The notes: generated from the sequence alone by a model not told the origin. Numbered from the whole stretch's first letter, positions 37,230 to 51,745 are shown. The stretch is DNA of 63,063 bases, filler included, from Lenisia limosa (GCA_001655205.1; 13 parts of 13 records of this genome joined end to end with filler, not necessarily neighbours in it); one strand, 5' to 3'. Translations and numbers: made by a program.

Positions 37230-40200
37230 AATCAGGATGAACAATCCAGCCCATCACCCACAGAGTGAGCTTCCTTCACTGGAGGTCCCTCAGATTTTCG
37301 GCTCAAGAATGATGCTCTCATCTAGTGAGTGGAATCAATGGAGGATGGAGTAAAACAGAGTATGTGAATGTAAACCTAAGGAAGAATACATTCACACACC
37401 GTTGAGTTCAGGGTTGACTGGTTCTGGGATTGTCCAAAGGGAGTGACTGGGGGCTGCAGGGGGGTGATGGGAATGGTTGGCATCTGCGGCTTAATGGATG
37501 GCTTGGGAAGACTTCCACTGTAAGGTTAAAAGTATCACTCCCCATTTCGCTCAAGAGCTGAGAACTGCCCAGGTACCCCCCCCCCCCNNNNNNNNNNNNN
37601 NNNNNNNNNNNNNNNNNNNNNNNNNNNNNNNNNNNNNNNNNNNNNNNNNNNNNNNNNNNNNNNNNNNNNNNNNNNNNNNNNNNNNNNNNNNNNNNNNNNN
37701 NNNNNNNNNNNNNGTTTGGTGCTCTAGAAGTTCGTCCTCTGGGGTGGTGAACAGCGAAACAATTTCTGATCTACTGCGATATCCCTTTTAATGACATGGC
37801 TCCCAAAAAGAACAATTAATAAGATTGCTCTTACCAAGTTTTCTTCTTGAGTCATGGAGAGTGTGGATGAAGTGATCACGTGACTTCTCCATTTCAACCC
37901 GGCCGCTTTTGCTGGCTGTTATCTGAAGAGAATAAGGATGGCGCACAGCTATATGGCATGCGCCGAACTAACCTTCTCATCCAGGCTTGCGAGTTCTTTG
38001 TCCGCTGCCGCAACCAGGTTTTCTATATCCGCTTCAAGCTGTTTCACCTCCTCTTCCATAATCTGAGGTTATTAACAAAGTGCAAACGGTACAACGACTA
38101 TGTAGGGATTGCCGCAGTTACCTCTACGGCCTTCCTCTCTTCGGCTCTCTGGGAGGCTAAGGACTCTTGTCGGGTCTCAAAGCTCTGTTTCACCTGCTGC
38201 AGCTCCTGAGGTGTCAAAGAGGTTTCAATACACATCAAATGTGACAAATTAAACGTAGAAGTGCAACAAGCTACAGACAAGAAGCATTGGGTATATGGCT
38301 ATGAAGCCGAGCTTTACCTCTTTCAGGGCTGTGTGTCTCTCAACAAGTGCCACCTTTGCCGCTTTTTCGGAGCGTAACTGCCGAGTGGTTGTCTCCAACT
38401 GAGTCGTAAGCTCACTGATTAAGTTTGAAAGCTGTGAAAAGAATCGCTACCCATCCGCACCTCCTCAGTAAGGCGTGAGGATACAGCCATCAACTCCGCC
38501 TGTAGCCGGCTGGTGTCGGCTTCTACTAAGGTTTTTGCTTCCATTTCCTACGTTATGTCACACGATTGTGGGCAGGAAAGTGGTAAGTATCCAAAGGCGA
38601 ACCGCGTGCAGTGCCGCTTGGGCTTGTTGTAGCTCAAACATCAGGCGCTGGCGCGAGTCATCAGCCTCGTCCTCGACCAGTCGTCGAACCTGGGGGTGAG
38701 ACTTCTCTATTGCTTGAAAATATATCGATATTTATCGAGGACCTTCAGTCGATTGTGAACCGAAAGGAAGCCAGTTGTTGGGTCCAACAAGATTTGAGAT
38801 GACAGAATACACCACTTACCTCTTCAAGCATTTGGATTGCCCTGATTTCAGCCTCGATTTTCTGTTGTGTGTCTGTCAGGTTCCGTTTCACCTGCACCAT
38901 CAGAAGCAGAGAAAAAATAATATACACTTATACTATGATATATGATATAATGTACTATGTTGACTAAAAACGGTTATTAATGGGAATTGTAAATAGGCTT
39001 CCCTAACGGTCAAAAGAATGTTCCAAACAAACTTCTCTTTGTTTAGAGTCCATTTGAGCTTGAAGATCTTTCGTCTGAATCTAAAGAGGTGAGACGGTTG
39101 GAAAGAAATGAGTTTTGTTTTTATTCTAATCTCTCATACACCCCCTCCCTCCCTCTTACTTCTAACATGTTCTTTCTCTCGCGCTCCCTCTGCAGCTTCT
39201 GTTCACCCATCAGCAGCTCGTCTTCAAACCTTTTACGCGTCACATTTAGCTCTCGTTCTACGTTGTGAGTATATATAATGTATTCTTTGGGTGTTACTCT
39301 TGACCAAAGCAAAACTCGNNNNNNNNNNNNNNNNNNNNNNNNNNNNNNNNNNNNNNNNNNNNNNNNNNNNNNNNNNNNNNNNNNNNNNNNNNNNNNNNNN
39401 NNNNNNCTTCCTAAACCATGTCAAATGAAAATGTATCTTATGATAACGAAGTGTCTCAAGTTCATTATTTGTGCTTATCCTTGTCCTACTTTCAGCTTCC
39501 TATGTACAGATGAAAGCTCTTCTTCGTACGCTGTTCTAGATCTAGTCCATCAGAAAGCCTGATGTACATATCAAAAGTCCCCCCATGCCAACCTTGCAAT
39601 TTGAGTCTTCAGCTGGTTGTTTCTCTCTCTCATTTCAGCCTGGTCATTGGTACCACTTGACACGGATTCTCTATAACGCAGCGCCTCCTCTCTCAAAGAT
39701 TCTGCTTCCTGGCGCGCCTGCTCAATTGCGCGTAATGCTGCTTCTGTTGAGTTCTTCTCATGAGTGAGTCGCTCCTGAGCCTCCGCAACCTTTTTTGATC
39801 AGGTTTGCAAACAGGAATATCAAAAACATCATACAATATGAAATATATATCAACAAACACCATCAGCCCCCCTCTCTCCCACCTGGCTCTGAAGGCTGTG
39901 AGCAGCGCTTATTGCCTCTTCTCGAAGCCTCTCTTCCCTTTTAGTCTCCTTTTCAAGGCGCTCAGTCTCCAGTTGTGAGTTTCGCTGTACATCTCTGATT
40001 TCCTGCAGGCACTTGGTAAGAAGAGAAGGGAAATTAGCAGTGCTGAACTTCAACATTTAAAAAAGCACCAAATACAAAAAACAGAAACAAACACACCTTC
40101 TCCAATCTCCTGACATCGCCTTGAGCCTGGCTCTTCCGCTCGACCTCCGAACTAAGGTCCATTTTGGCTCGGTTGAGATCGCCATCCAGGGCACCGGACA

Positions 40201-43200
40201 CAGTGGACAGAAGATTCTGCTTCGCAGCCGCTGTAGACTGCATGGTTTGGCCTAGTGAGACGGGGACTGTGTTTTGAGGCTTCTCCTGGTCCTTTGTCTG
40301 GGCCTGGGAGAGAAGGCTGATAAGAGACGAGAGTTGTGTGGAGAGCTTTTCAGGGAGACCCTGGCCCGAGGGTACTACCGGCTCTTCTGGCTCCGTTGAT
40401 GGCTTGTATGGGTGTATGGATGACGAGAAACCTGGGGTATACGGTCTCAACGGCTTGTTTTCGTCATTGATCAGAGTGGAACGAAGTCGAGCCGATCTGA
40501 CACTGTGAGGAGTCCTGCATATTTAATATTACAAGTATGACCAATGTATAATGACAGGATCAAGGTATTAGGTATTAATTAGAGCTCCGGGCAGTTAATA
40601 TTAATATATTAATATTTAGTATGTATCATTTTTGCTCATCATAAATATTAATATTATATTTATGTAGTATATCATATAATTTGATAATAATATGTAATAC
40701 ATTTATTATAATATTTGTTTTTTTTCGTTGATTTTGTAAGAACATTTTTTTTATTAACATGTTTAACTCCAAATTTATTTTGTTCTTCCGTTTTCCGTTG
40801 ATATTGTGATATACACCGTCCAGAAATATGTAAAATTTTAGATATGTGTGATAAAGGTTTAAATGCTTGTTTTCATGATTGTCCCATACATCCAACACTA
40901 TTTACATTGCTCTGAGTGCGTGATGTAGTTATTTTTCTTCTGAAAAAAAGCCGAACAACTTTGTCATATACTAATTGAAAAAACATGTTATATTAACCTT
41001 CAAAATTGTCAAAAACTACGTAAAAATCACTTTTACTGACACACATTCTTCTTTTCATAGCTAGATAAAGTGAACGATCAGTGAAACATACCAATGCGGG
41101 GGCCAAATACGATTACTCACACTTTCATCACTTTCTTTTTTTTTTTAAAAAAGCTGTTTTTGGTTCAAAATGACGAAAAAATTAACCAAATTTCACATAA
41201 TAATATATATATCTAAATTTTCACATATTTCTGGACGGTGTATATGTAATATATATGATATGTGATATGATATATCTGACATTAACAATATTCATATTTT
41301 ATAAATATTAATTGCCCGGAGCTTTATTATGAAATTACTCTATGCACCAATCATGTTCATTTTTTGCACTATTCCCCTGAACATCCCATACACACCTTGA
41401 AAGTGATTGGCGCCAAGGGGGCGGTGACGTCGCGTTCTGAGCAACAGTGTCGGGAAAAGTCACGTGAGGAGACCCAGGTGTACGGAATGATGATGATGGG
41501 GCGGTCGCGGATTGGAAAGCAGGCCTTGAAGGAGATATACTCGATGAGAACTGCGATGAGTTGAACGTGGGGGGCTGGACTGTTGTTGGCTGGGAGGAAT
41601 ACGTAGGCGGGATAGGCTTGGAATATTGAGCAGTGGCAGCGGGCTGGTAAGGGATGGACATTGGTTGCGAGAAACTGGGGACGTATGGTTGTTGGGTGGG
41701 CTGTGTGGGCTTGATAGAGGCAGGGTTGTACAGACCTCCTGGAGGATGAGTTGGACGAGGTAGTGAAAGCAAAATAGCCAAGAGAGGAAAGATGGATAAA
41801 CCCAGGATTCAACGCCATTCAAAATATAAACCTACCATAGGGCTGGTTGGCGGAGTATTGATTTTGGCTGTTCGAAAGTCCAGCCTGGTTGTTTGTTACT
41901 GAGTATGGGTTTACGTTTTGATTCATCGGAGACTAGAAGGTGATGAGAAGACCAAAGTGTGTTAACAAAGGGCAGGAAATCCCGCTCATCAGGGGAAGCT
42001 CATACCGAGTAATTTTGTTGGAACTGGTTTTGGCCCATTTGGTACTGATTCATTGCGTTGTTGTTGTATTGTCCCTGCATGGGCTTTGCAAATTAGAAGA
42101 AAAAAAAGCCAAAAATATCATCTCCTTTCCTTAGTGATATGATACGGACTTTTGGATCAAAATGGTGAACAGCAAGAGGGTCTATTAACAGTGTTCAGGT
42201 GATTCAATGTGTATGATATTACTTAGCCAGGGGTTCAGACTGTGCAAAGCAGTGATTTACAAACCTGAAGGTTAGCTTGTTGGTTGGGCATGAAGTTGAA
42301 AGATGAAGCCGGCGGGGCAGCACTTTGACTTGGCGCCACCTAATGGTCAAATAAAACTATTCAACTGGGGAAATACGGGCATCTTCAATATCATACATGT
42401 GTACGTAACCCACATTAACTTGCGCATTCCCAAATGTTTGGTTCTGCTGCATTGGCATGTTCTGTGACACTGCAGGTTGCATATTACCTTGCATCCGCAT
42501 ATCGTTTTGGGCTCCTTGCATGTTGCTCTGAAGACTGGCTTGGCTAGGATGTTGATTCATTGTCTGGGTATTCGCGCTCAGATTTGGCTGCTGTGAATGG
42601 ACAGATACTGAAGACATTGCCTTTTCCATTGTTTCCATTGGACCACTATAAGGTTATAACGGAAATAGGTAATTAAAACTCGATAAAAAAACTCAAAAAA
42701 CCCAATGGTTCCAGAGGCGCTACAAGCGAACCTGTGATGTACAGAATGCGTTGATGCCGCGCTTGCCATTGGCTCACTGACTGTCACGGTTGGGATGGAG
42801 TCTTGCGCCCCAGTAGCCTCCCCTATGTTATTAAAAAACGTTCTTGTAAAGCTTGGTGGTGAAGCACTTGAAACACACCAAACCCTACCGCTTTGTTGTG
42901 AACTATCCAAAGACTGGTGTGATGATGTTGTTTGCATTGAACCTAGTTTCTACAATGATTNNNNNNNNNNNNNNNNNNNNNNNNNNNNNNNNNNNNNNNN
43001 NNNNNNNNNNNNNNNNNNNNNNNNNNNNNNNNNNNNNNNNNNNNNNNNNNNNNNNNNNNNNNNNNNNNNNNNNNNNNNNNNNNNNNNNNNTAATGTAGGA
43101 TTTGGTTCTCTAGGAAACACAAGTAAGCACTGGGCAGATCAGGGTAGGATATCAAGAGGAAGGCAAGGTATATGTGGTCTTACCTCCGATGAAACACTAG

Positions 43201-43900
43201 GTTGTGGTGCTGCATTGAGTTTAGCAGAGGCTAATGCCAGCTGCAAGGGATTAGCCATGTCTGGACCAAGGCAGTTATAAGGTTGTCTATTCTATCTTAT
43301 TAAGCAAGCCCATTTCCCAAGATTCTTAAATCTATAAACTACTACCTAACTATCACTGCAAACAGGGCCCAAAAAGCTCTGAAAAAAGCAACACAAGATT
43401 GCAACCGAGTCTCAACGAAATCCACCGAAAAATGTTCGCCACTTTGTTGGCGGATATTTGCATGAATTCAATTGCTGATTGGATGTGGATGGATACTAAG
43501 AACAGATACACAGGCACACAGGCACAAATAAATAATAACAATGGATCTTGGGGAAATTGACATTTCTGCCCTTGGCAACAGTGCGGTNNNNNNNNNNNNN
43601 NNNNNNNNNNNNNNNNNNNNNNNNNNNNNNNNNNNNNNNNNNNNNNNNNNNNNNNNNNNNNNNNNNNNNNNNNNNNNNNNNNNNNNNNNNNNNNNNNNNN
43701 NNNNNNNNNNNNNNNNNNNNNNNNNNNNNNNNNNNNNNNNNNNNNNNNNNNNNNNNNNNNNNNNNNNNNNNNNNNNNNNNNNNNNNNNNNNNNNNNNNNN
43801 NNNNNNNNNNNNNNNNNTGGACTGGTGCCGGCAGCGGAATCACCTACAGAAACAACACCAGCAATAAAATCCTCTCCATATGCTCAAAGCAGAGGTGAGC
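37230..43900 (-). CDS. Large multi-exon protein with a Q/P/S-rich low-complexity region and a C-terminal coiled coil
   Basis: Successive open exons at 42357-42638, 41335-41781, 40034-40450, 39850-40010, 39600-39800 and 37950-38300 with heptad-rich E/K/R/A content and GT-AG borders. Both ends are uncertain. Confidence 0.6.
40582..41324. mobile_element. TA-flanked MITE (outer) with about 20-bp TIRs, in an intron
   Basis: GAGCTCCGGGCAGTTAATATT ... AATATTAATTGCCCGGAGCTT, with TA on both sides. Confidence 0.7.
40814..41240. mobile_element. TA-flanked MITE (inner, nested) with about 30-bp TIRs, Tc1/mariner-like
   Basis: TA|CACCGTCCAGAAATATGTAAAATTTTAGATAT ... ATATCTAAATTTTCACATATTTCTGGACGGTG|TA. 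A related end lies at about 29162. Confidence 0.8.
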
Positions 43901-44367
43901 GTGCTGATAGTATGCTCTGAAATACATAAACACATGAATTATTATCGAGAAATACACGAAGACACGAAGTCATTGCAAAGGAGCTTGATACTCCTCCTAG
44001 GTGTTACTGAAAAATGAACTGATTATTTTTCAAAGGCAATACTTATTTCCCATCAGGCGGACTATCAGAAGCACTGGTTCATGAAAGGCCTGTTGGATGG
44101 GGGACTTGTGTTGTTTGATTCATACCCATTATATTTTATTCAATTGCTGTTTTCGCACATATATCATATGTTTTCCTCTTGCCGTTAGTTTATCCTAGAT
44201 TTTACCCCCCCCCCNNNNNNNNNNNNNNNNNNNNNNNNNNNNNNNNNNNNNNNNNNNNNNNNNNNNNNNNNNNNNNNNNNNNNNNNNNNNNNNNNNNNNN
44301 NNNNNNNNNNNNNNNNNNNNNNNNNNNNNNNNNCCCCCCGCAGGTTTGAGGGGTTGCTTAATACACC

Positions 44368-45880
44368 ATGTTTAAGAGGGACGCTAGTTTCGGGGAACTA
44401 TGGTAAACCTCTGGGGAGGAGGGTACCAGAGAAGTCTTCGAATTAGACAATTCTCGATAGTACTGATTTTTGTAGATGTTTTACTGCGACAAAGGCGACA
44501 GCTTTCACGGGACACAGCGTCGTTCTTTCTTGCTGGTCTCATCAACAACTTCGCATACGTTGTCATGCTCAGGTCTGACAGAGATTAGGTTTTTTTTTGA
44601 GAATACGGAAGTATATTATTCATTATTATTGGATCTTGTTTTGTAACAGATCTGTATCCAAAGACTAGTAAGTATCATATATCTGGTAAAAGATAGATTT
44701 TACTCCATAGGGTATTTATCAAGTCATCTCGAGATTTCAGTGTTGTTGGAATTAGGAAGTAATTTTTTATTAATGCGCTTTACTGCCAAGGAGTGAAGCG
44801 GTATTTTTTGTGAAGGAAAAAACTGTAAAAAAACAAGCTGCTGGATGCGCCCCCCCATAGTGATTTGGATGTAGCGCTGCACTAGACCTCTTAGAAGACA
44901 GCCTACCCCCTGGAGTAGTACTTCTGGCCGATATCCTTCCAACACTTCTAGTATGGCNNNNNNNNNNNNNNNNNNNNNNNNNNNNNNNNNNNNNNNNNNN
45001 NTTAATTAATTAANNNNNNNNNNNNNNNNNNNNNNNNNNNNNNNNNNNNNNNNNNNNGTTTTTCATTACCTTATTACCTCTTATATAAATGAACTGTCCT
45101 GAAATCATCTTATTTATAAGCATTGCTGACAAATTACTGAAGAATAATATACGGTCACCCAATTGGGTTGTTCCTCTTGTTTCCCAGGATTTGCTGCTTT
45201 TATGGTTTCATCAGAGGTGTAAAAACATTTTTGTTCGAATTTTTTTTTAAACAGTGGATTGTTGGGAGAAAATTCCCTTTGGATTACACTTTGAAAATCA
45301 ATTTAACTTACAATCATAAAATCGATTCTTCCTTACACCCTCAATTATCCCCACAAAGCCGTTTCGTTTTCAGACCGAAACTGTCATCAGGTTGGTTTTG
45401 TTTTAGTGCATATGTAATTATTTTCATATGGATATTCTTAGTTTTTATATAAAAAAAACAATTGCATATAAAATTGCGATCTCTTTTGTCAAATTTCTTG
45501 TATTCTATGTTTCAATTGTCTCAATCCTATTGAAGGCATACAAACATCTTTTGATTCATTTTTACATAAATAAGTCGATAGTTAATGTGTGATTGTATAT
45601 GGTCGTGTGCCACGTAGTGCTTCCTGATTATACTTTAGAACAACCCTCAAGAGGAAAGTGTATTTAGTCTTTGATATTGAGGAGTTATGCTCCCTTTATT
45701 GAGGCTTTCATTACGCTCCATCAGTCCGGTGCTGCTTCATAGGTGGGGAGTTCTGCAATGTATTCATGTTTTCAAAAACAACATGTCCCCTCCCTGTATT
45801 TCACGCAAAACGATGGGTGAGGTCCTCCTTGTTTTGGTCTTCGGATTATTGTATCATTATTCTGTGGTCATATATTGATA
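44368..45880 (+). CDS. CLN3: CLN3 / battenin (BTN1) family vacuolar membrane protein, partial
   Basis: SFFLAGLINNFAYVVMLS|AALDLLEDSLPPGVVLLADILPTLL matches the CLN3 N-terminal motifs (GLxNNxxYVVMLSAA, VLLADILP). Confidence 0.85.
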
Positions 45881-46028
45881 TATATATGAATATATCATAA
45901 CAGAAATTATGTATCTAAAAATAGGTATAATATGTATCACATTATATATGTAATACTAGTATATATATCATATAATTATATGATATTATCTATCTATATT
46001 ATTCGTGATGATACAATACAATATTATA

Positions 46029-46800
46029 TTATATATTTTTATTGTAAATAGGGTTCTCCACAGACATGGCACATGGTGGCTTGTCATCGAATGTGGATGG
46101 GCTGATGGTGGGCATGTCCTTGATCCCGATGTCAACACAGTCGATCGCCAGGGTCTCGACCTCGTCATCATCTGAGGGAATAGTTTGCATAAGAGAGTGC
46201 TTTATATCCTCAACACACAAATGGAGGAACAGATGGTGGCAATCCTGAAGGGTCAAAGCTATTAATAAAACTGTCAACCAACACTGAGGTCCTGGGCTGT
46301 GGGCCTTCGGTCTGGGCGCATGTTGTTGAGNNNNNNNNNNTGGCCTGACTCTCAAGATACCAAGGCTTTTGCCAAACAAAATTCCCACATTCCGAAGGAG
46401 GAACACACTTGATTCAAAGCCAAAGCGGTTATTTCAGGAGGAGAAAGTAACGAACTCCGAACTGACTTTGGACGCACAATGTTCAACCCAAACACGTCAA
46501 CATATTCTTCTTGAATGTGGCCATACTACAAAATAACCATCAAAAAAAGAACAACATATGACGTACCTCCGCCCCACAATGATAACACTCTGGCATGTGG
46601 GTGGTCTAAGAATAGTTCTACAGGAATAACACAATATTTCCTAACTAACCAGCATCAGAACATTCCTCCCAGAGGGCAACAGCGACCTCATCCTTGGCAG
46701 TGGGATCAATGGACCACTTTTCCATTGGCATTCCTGAACCATGAGGGAGTTAAAAGGCAGAGAATCAGCCATCATCACAAATCGGTTCTGAAATGACAAG
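46029..46800 (-). pseudogene. Degenerate MULE-like transposase, copy 4 (N-terminal part)
   Basis: GMPMEKWSIDP, ELFLDHPH, ALNQVC, GKSLGILRVRP and LQDCHHLFLHLCVEDI align with copy 1, with similarly placed introns. Frameshift near WEF/GIL. Confidence 0.6.
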
Positions 46801-49800
46801 GGGATTTAAAATACCCCTCAGGCTGCTCATCTTCGTCGCTCTNNNNNNNNNNNNNNNNNNNNNNNNNNNNNNNNNNNNNNNNNNNNTTAATTAATTAANN
46901 NNNNNNNNNNNNNNNNNNNNNNNNNNNNNNNNNNNNNNNNNNTTCCAATATTAATACTCCTTCTCTACACCACTCCTTATTCCCCCGAGTTATACATATT
47001 TGATGAAGAAGCCTGAGCATTTCCTCCTTACATCCACAGCATTATCATTGAGAAGAGTAGTCAGCTGACGTTCGATCGTTTTTGGCACTCAGGCTCCAAC
47101 TACATTCTTGCATCTGAAGTGGGCCTCTGGTATTATGAGATATATTGGATGTTATCATGTAATGATGGTTATATAATGTGAATGTCGTGCAACCAATTGG
47201 GCAGTATTAGAAATTTAAAGTTGAAATGACATGACATATTGTTAAGAAAACGCGTTATCAGACCTGTTATTTTCATATTTTAGCAAAAAAAATTCTTCTT
47301 ATAAGTTATTACAAAAGAAGTATGTATTTTTTTTATCATGACACAAGTTCATGTATTTTGTATCATGACACAAGGTGCGTTTTCATTCAAGATAATTGTT
47401 GGATTAGTGGCTAAAGGCTCTAGACCTCAGTATGCTTTTTTTTCACAGTTGTTCGAGGTTATGTAAACTGATAGCATGTTACTATCTCAAGATTTTTGCT
47501 AGATAAAGCGATATTTATATCTTTTTTTATATATTACATTCCTTTTTATTTCCCAGTTGTTCGAGGTTATGTAAACTGATAGCATGTTACTATCTCAAAA
47601 TATGTAACTTATTTTGAATTTCTCGTATTTCTCTAATATTTTAGGTAAGTGGGAGTGTCGTCTATCGTGTGTGAAAGTGTAAGGGATGGATTATTTGTTG
47701 ACTGATTGAGAAAACCTTTCAATACCCATTTCTTATTCCATATGAATATTATGGAGATTGCGAGTCTAGTATATTTGGGAACCTGCAGTGTCAGGAGGAC
47801 AACCATGTCAGACGATTGTGTTTGGGGCTTGAAAACCCCAGAACACATACCCTTCATGAAGCCCTATTGTATTGAAGAAACATACAGAGCCTAGTTTAGG
47901 AATTGACCTGGGATGAGGAGGGTGGGCTCAAAAATTTTAAAAGAGGAATTGTAATTTTATTTTGTGAATCAAATATACGATGAACTGAACCTTGTTAGTA
48001 TTATAGTTTTAGGGAAGCTCAAGCTGTGCTCTTCAGCTCAATCTTGACGGTTTCTGGGGTACCCATATATTTCCCCCTTTTCTTCCCTTGTTCTTCTTTT
48101 CAGCTATCATTTATGGTAATAATAACCCACTCTAGGACGGGTGCAAAGCAGAGTTAGGAAAGATGTCACCACCGTTATGACTATCCCGGAAACGCGTGAC
48201 CTGNNNNNNNNNNNNNNNNNNNNNNNNNNNNNNNNNNNNNNNNNNNNNNNNNNNNNNNNNNNNNNNNNNNNNNNNNNNNNNNNNNNNNNNNNNNNNNNNN
48301 NNNNNNGGTTGAAATCAGTGAAATTCTCGATAAAACAGCTGGTTTACGTTTCGGAAGAAAGTGAGTGCCAGCTCTGACCCCGACAGAAATCCGTTCTGAT
48401 TGTACCGAATTGGGCGGGGCCTCATAGTTCCATTTCACGCCAAAATGAGAAAATTTGTGGTATGTAGGATTAAATAAAAAGATATATTTTTGAGGGATAT
48501 TCGGATGTTGGGGTTTCATTGATGATCTTCGCCCTCCATTTGAGTTAATACTTCAGAACTGAAAGCCAAGTTATCAGCTACACGTCTCAATTCCCTATGT
48601 ACGGGGTGATTACTATTCTTTGTCAAAAGGTGGTGTTTTTGTTTCAGGGTCTTTTATGAGCGGCCAGCCTTTGATAGTTTATGACGATCAGCTTTCTTCA
48701 GATATAATCCCTTATTTTCTATTTTGTTCTTGAGAATTCAGTTCTCTAGTGGAACCCTTTATTACACCTTTTAGACCACGTCTTTGACTGCGTTGACAAG
48801 TCGTTCCCTTCGTCTGAATCTGACGTACCTAGTGAGGGGGGAGGGGTGATGAATTATATACAGTGTGGTCCGAAGGTGTTTTTTTTTGTTTCCCTTTTCA
48901 TCATCATGAATTTTCAAATTTATGGATTTAGACGATCCATTTGAGACTGATGATCCTGTGATCTTGGACTTGACAACTGATAACCCATTACTCACGCCAA
49001 ATACGCCTAAAACTGCGCCAAAGTCTTCAAATAATCTAGAGAAAATGTATGAGTGGTTATTGGGAGGTAAATAGAATCCAGGGATGAGATTCAGATAATC
49101 AGGCTTTTGCCGATCACAACAGCCTTTAGTTTCATCCTTATTCTTACAATTTACCTGATATGCCATTTTCGATTTGCAATTTTTTTTTTTCGGATTTCTT
49201 CTGATTATCCACTTCCCATCTACCGTCATGTCACTTGTTCAGTATCCACACCTTCAGCGAAACGGCCGGGAGTTGTTCCTTACTGCTTGAGGGGCTTTTG
49301 GCACAGGCCGCTGTACAGTCCGTGAGGGGGGATTCTGGGTGATGGAATAAAGAGTATCAGGGATAAGATACAGTTTTAAATATTAGAAGTACTCGATAAT
49401 ATTTGTGATATTTCCTTGTATATTCAAAGAGTATAGTTGAAAATGGCAATCTACATTCACCTGTGTACTTTGTTGTATAATTATCCTGAAATACTGTATA
49501 CTGTGTGCACAGAGTTATAAGGCAAATGATTAGCTATAATCCAATATCTCTTATTAGCGTGATGGTGTTAACGGCTTCNNNNNNNNNNNNNNNNNNNNNN
49601 NNNNNNNNNNNNNNNNNNNNNNTTAATTAATTAANNNNNNNNNNNNNNNNNNNNNNNNNNNNNNNNNNNNNNNNNNNNATACGAAATACCCAAAACCCTC
49701 TGAAATACCCTTCAGTAGACCGCTTATATGACATTTGCAGAACTCAAACCTAAGAAACACCCATCTTACTTGATGTTTATACTACCCAAAATCCCACTTA

Positions 49801-50109
49801 AGCATCTCTCTTTGATTGACATTTTGTGATACATAACCAAATCCCCCCTTAAGTAGACCGCGTACTTGACATTTGTCAAACAAACGTGCTTCTCATTACA
49901 CTATCTCTTCAAAGGGTACTACCACAATTGGGAAGATCACGTGTAGGTAGGTCAACTATGCTCTACTATGTTACGATGCAATTCGTTGGAGATGAAGAGT
50001 ATCCAGCCAGCAAAGAGACAACTGGAGATATAACACCAAAAAGAAATTATCAAATTATCAGATCAAAGAATGAAAAGTGAAAAGGGCAAAAGGGTGTTGG
50101 TTTTTAACC

Positions 50110-51200
50110 TAAGCCGCCGGGGCGAATGCTGATGGTGATTCGAGAAGAAAGGGAAGAAATGTAAGAATGTTAGAGAGAACCATCCTCTTTTGGGGCTTCT
50201 TTTTTAGGCAAGACGAAGCGATGATGAAGGGAGAAGAACGGAGAGGAGAAGGAGAGAACGAGAGCACGAGAACGGTTGTTTTTTTTGGGGAATAATAAAA
50301 GGGTGGCACTTGTGCGCTTCGACAGAACAGCTGAGGCTCGCGTCATTCCACCGATATTGGCAGTGCTGAACAAAATCAGTGGAGAAATACTTGATTCCTG
50401 ATATTAATAAAGAGTTTAGTCATGAACGGGTTGTGTCAGCTCGTGTTGAAAGCTAAGATAGGGATAACTGTTTTCGTTTACATTCATCCTAAGAAGAAAG
50501 GGTGTAAGAAGTCACCAACAAACCGAATACGTATCTTAGAGGGAGCACCGACACCACGGGTGGCTTTGGCAGACTTGCTGAAAAATCAGTGGAGAAATAC
50601 TTGATTCCTGACACTTGATAAAGTGTGTAGTCATGAACGGGTTGTGTCAGCTCGTGTTGAAAGCTAAGATAGGGATAACTGTTTTCGTTTACATTCATCC
50701 TAAGAAGAAAGGGTGTAAGAAGTCCCAACAAACCAGTAGAGAACCAGTACGTCTCTTTGAGGCAGCATATTGAATATCCTTGCGGCGCATGTGACCTGAA
50801 AAATTAGAAAAATTAGGGACTTTCTGAGGAAAGCAAAATGAAATGTGACTTCGATAATGTAGGTATAACAATCACGGGTTGATCAACGGTTTGAAATGAT
50901 TAAAAATCTCATCATCGTCAAAAAGAAGACGCATTTTCGCCCAACATACGCCAGTCCAGTCAGCAAAGGATCGAATGAAACCTGTAGGCAGTGAGACTGA
51001 CGAACGTGAACACAGCAAATGAAGGTAGGAAGAACTCCATCATCCCTCAATAGATCAAGTCGCTAATTTTCACACCATTCGGATATAGCGTCGGTTTCAA
51101 GATGCCAAAAGGTTAAAACCCTCTTGGCACATGATGAAAAGACGCATTGTGAAAACAAGAAACAATAAGCCCACTAACCTTCAATCGTACTTCACACTCT
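50110..51200 (-). CDS. Small hypothetical multi-exon protein containing two near-identical introns
   Basis: Open through the phase-2 junctions: VTCAARIFNMLPQRDVLVLYC|KSAKATRGVGAPSKIRIR|TANIGGMTRASAVLSKRT. The start is not resolved. Confidence 0.4.
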
Positions 51201-51389
51201 TTCGCGCATTACACATAATAAAAAATGTAAGTCGCCAAAAAGGTCACAATATTCAAAAAATCTTACTTAAATATGATCTAAAATATACCCCATGCAATTA
51301 TTTATGATAGTTGGTGTATAATTTTTTTGGCATCAACTATTAGCTCTAATCGTTTCTATATTTACAGCTTAAACAACTGCTAAGCCATT

Positions 51390-51745
51390 ATGGCTGATCA
51401 GGCAGCTTTCCAGGAATGGTTCCAAGAGATCTGTCCTTACTCTCTGCTTGTGGTTTCTAGTCCTGAGGCCGAAATATTAGCCCAAAAGAACAAACTAGGA
51501 GTTTGTGATCTCTTAAAACCGTTTATCAGCTGTGAACGATGGAAATGTTTGTTTACTGGCCTCCATTTTCCATTTCTAATCAATCCAGTGTCAGTTACAA
51601 CAGCAGAGGGTGGAAGTAGACGACTGAGCCCGCCGAGGTAAGCTCTCCCTCCCTTTCCACCTTTGTACTAAACTGTCTTAGAATTCGCCTCCTTACCCCG
51701 AGTGATATTCAACCCCTCAAGCCCGACACTATTGAGCATCGAGTG
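51390..51745 (+). CDS. TRAPPC8: TRAPPC8 / Trs85-like protein, 5' exons (possible further exon at 52969-53130)
   Basis: ICPYSLLVVSSPEAEILAQKNKLGVCDLLKPF resembles the TRAPPC8 N-terminus. The later FFLINS motif is consistent but lies across a linker gap. Confidence 0.7.

Noticed and set aside
50170-50795. Ribosomal protein eL28 or eS21 (RASAVL, LY.K...R..GA)
   Set aside because: The motifs are short and not collinear with either family.
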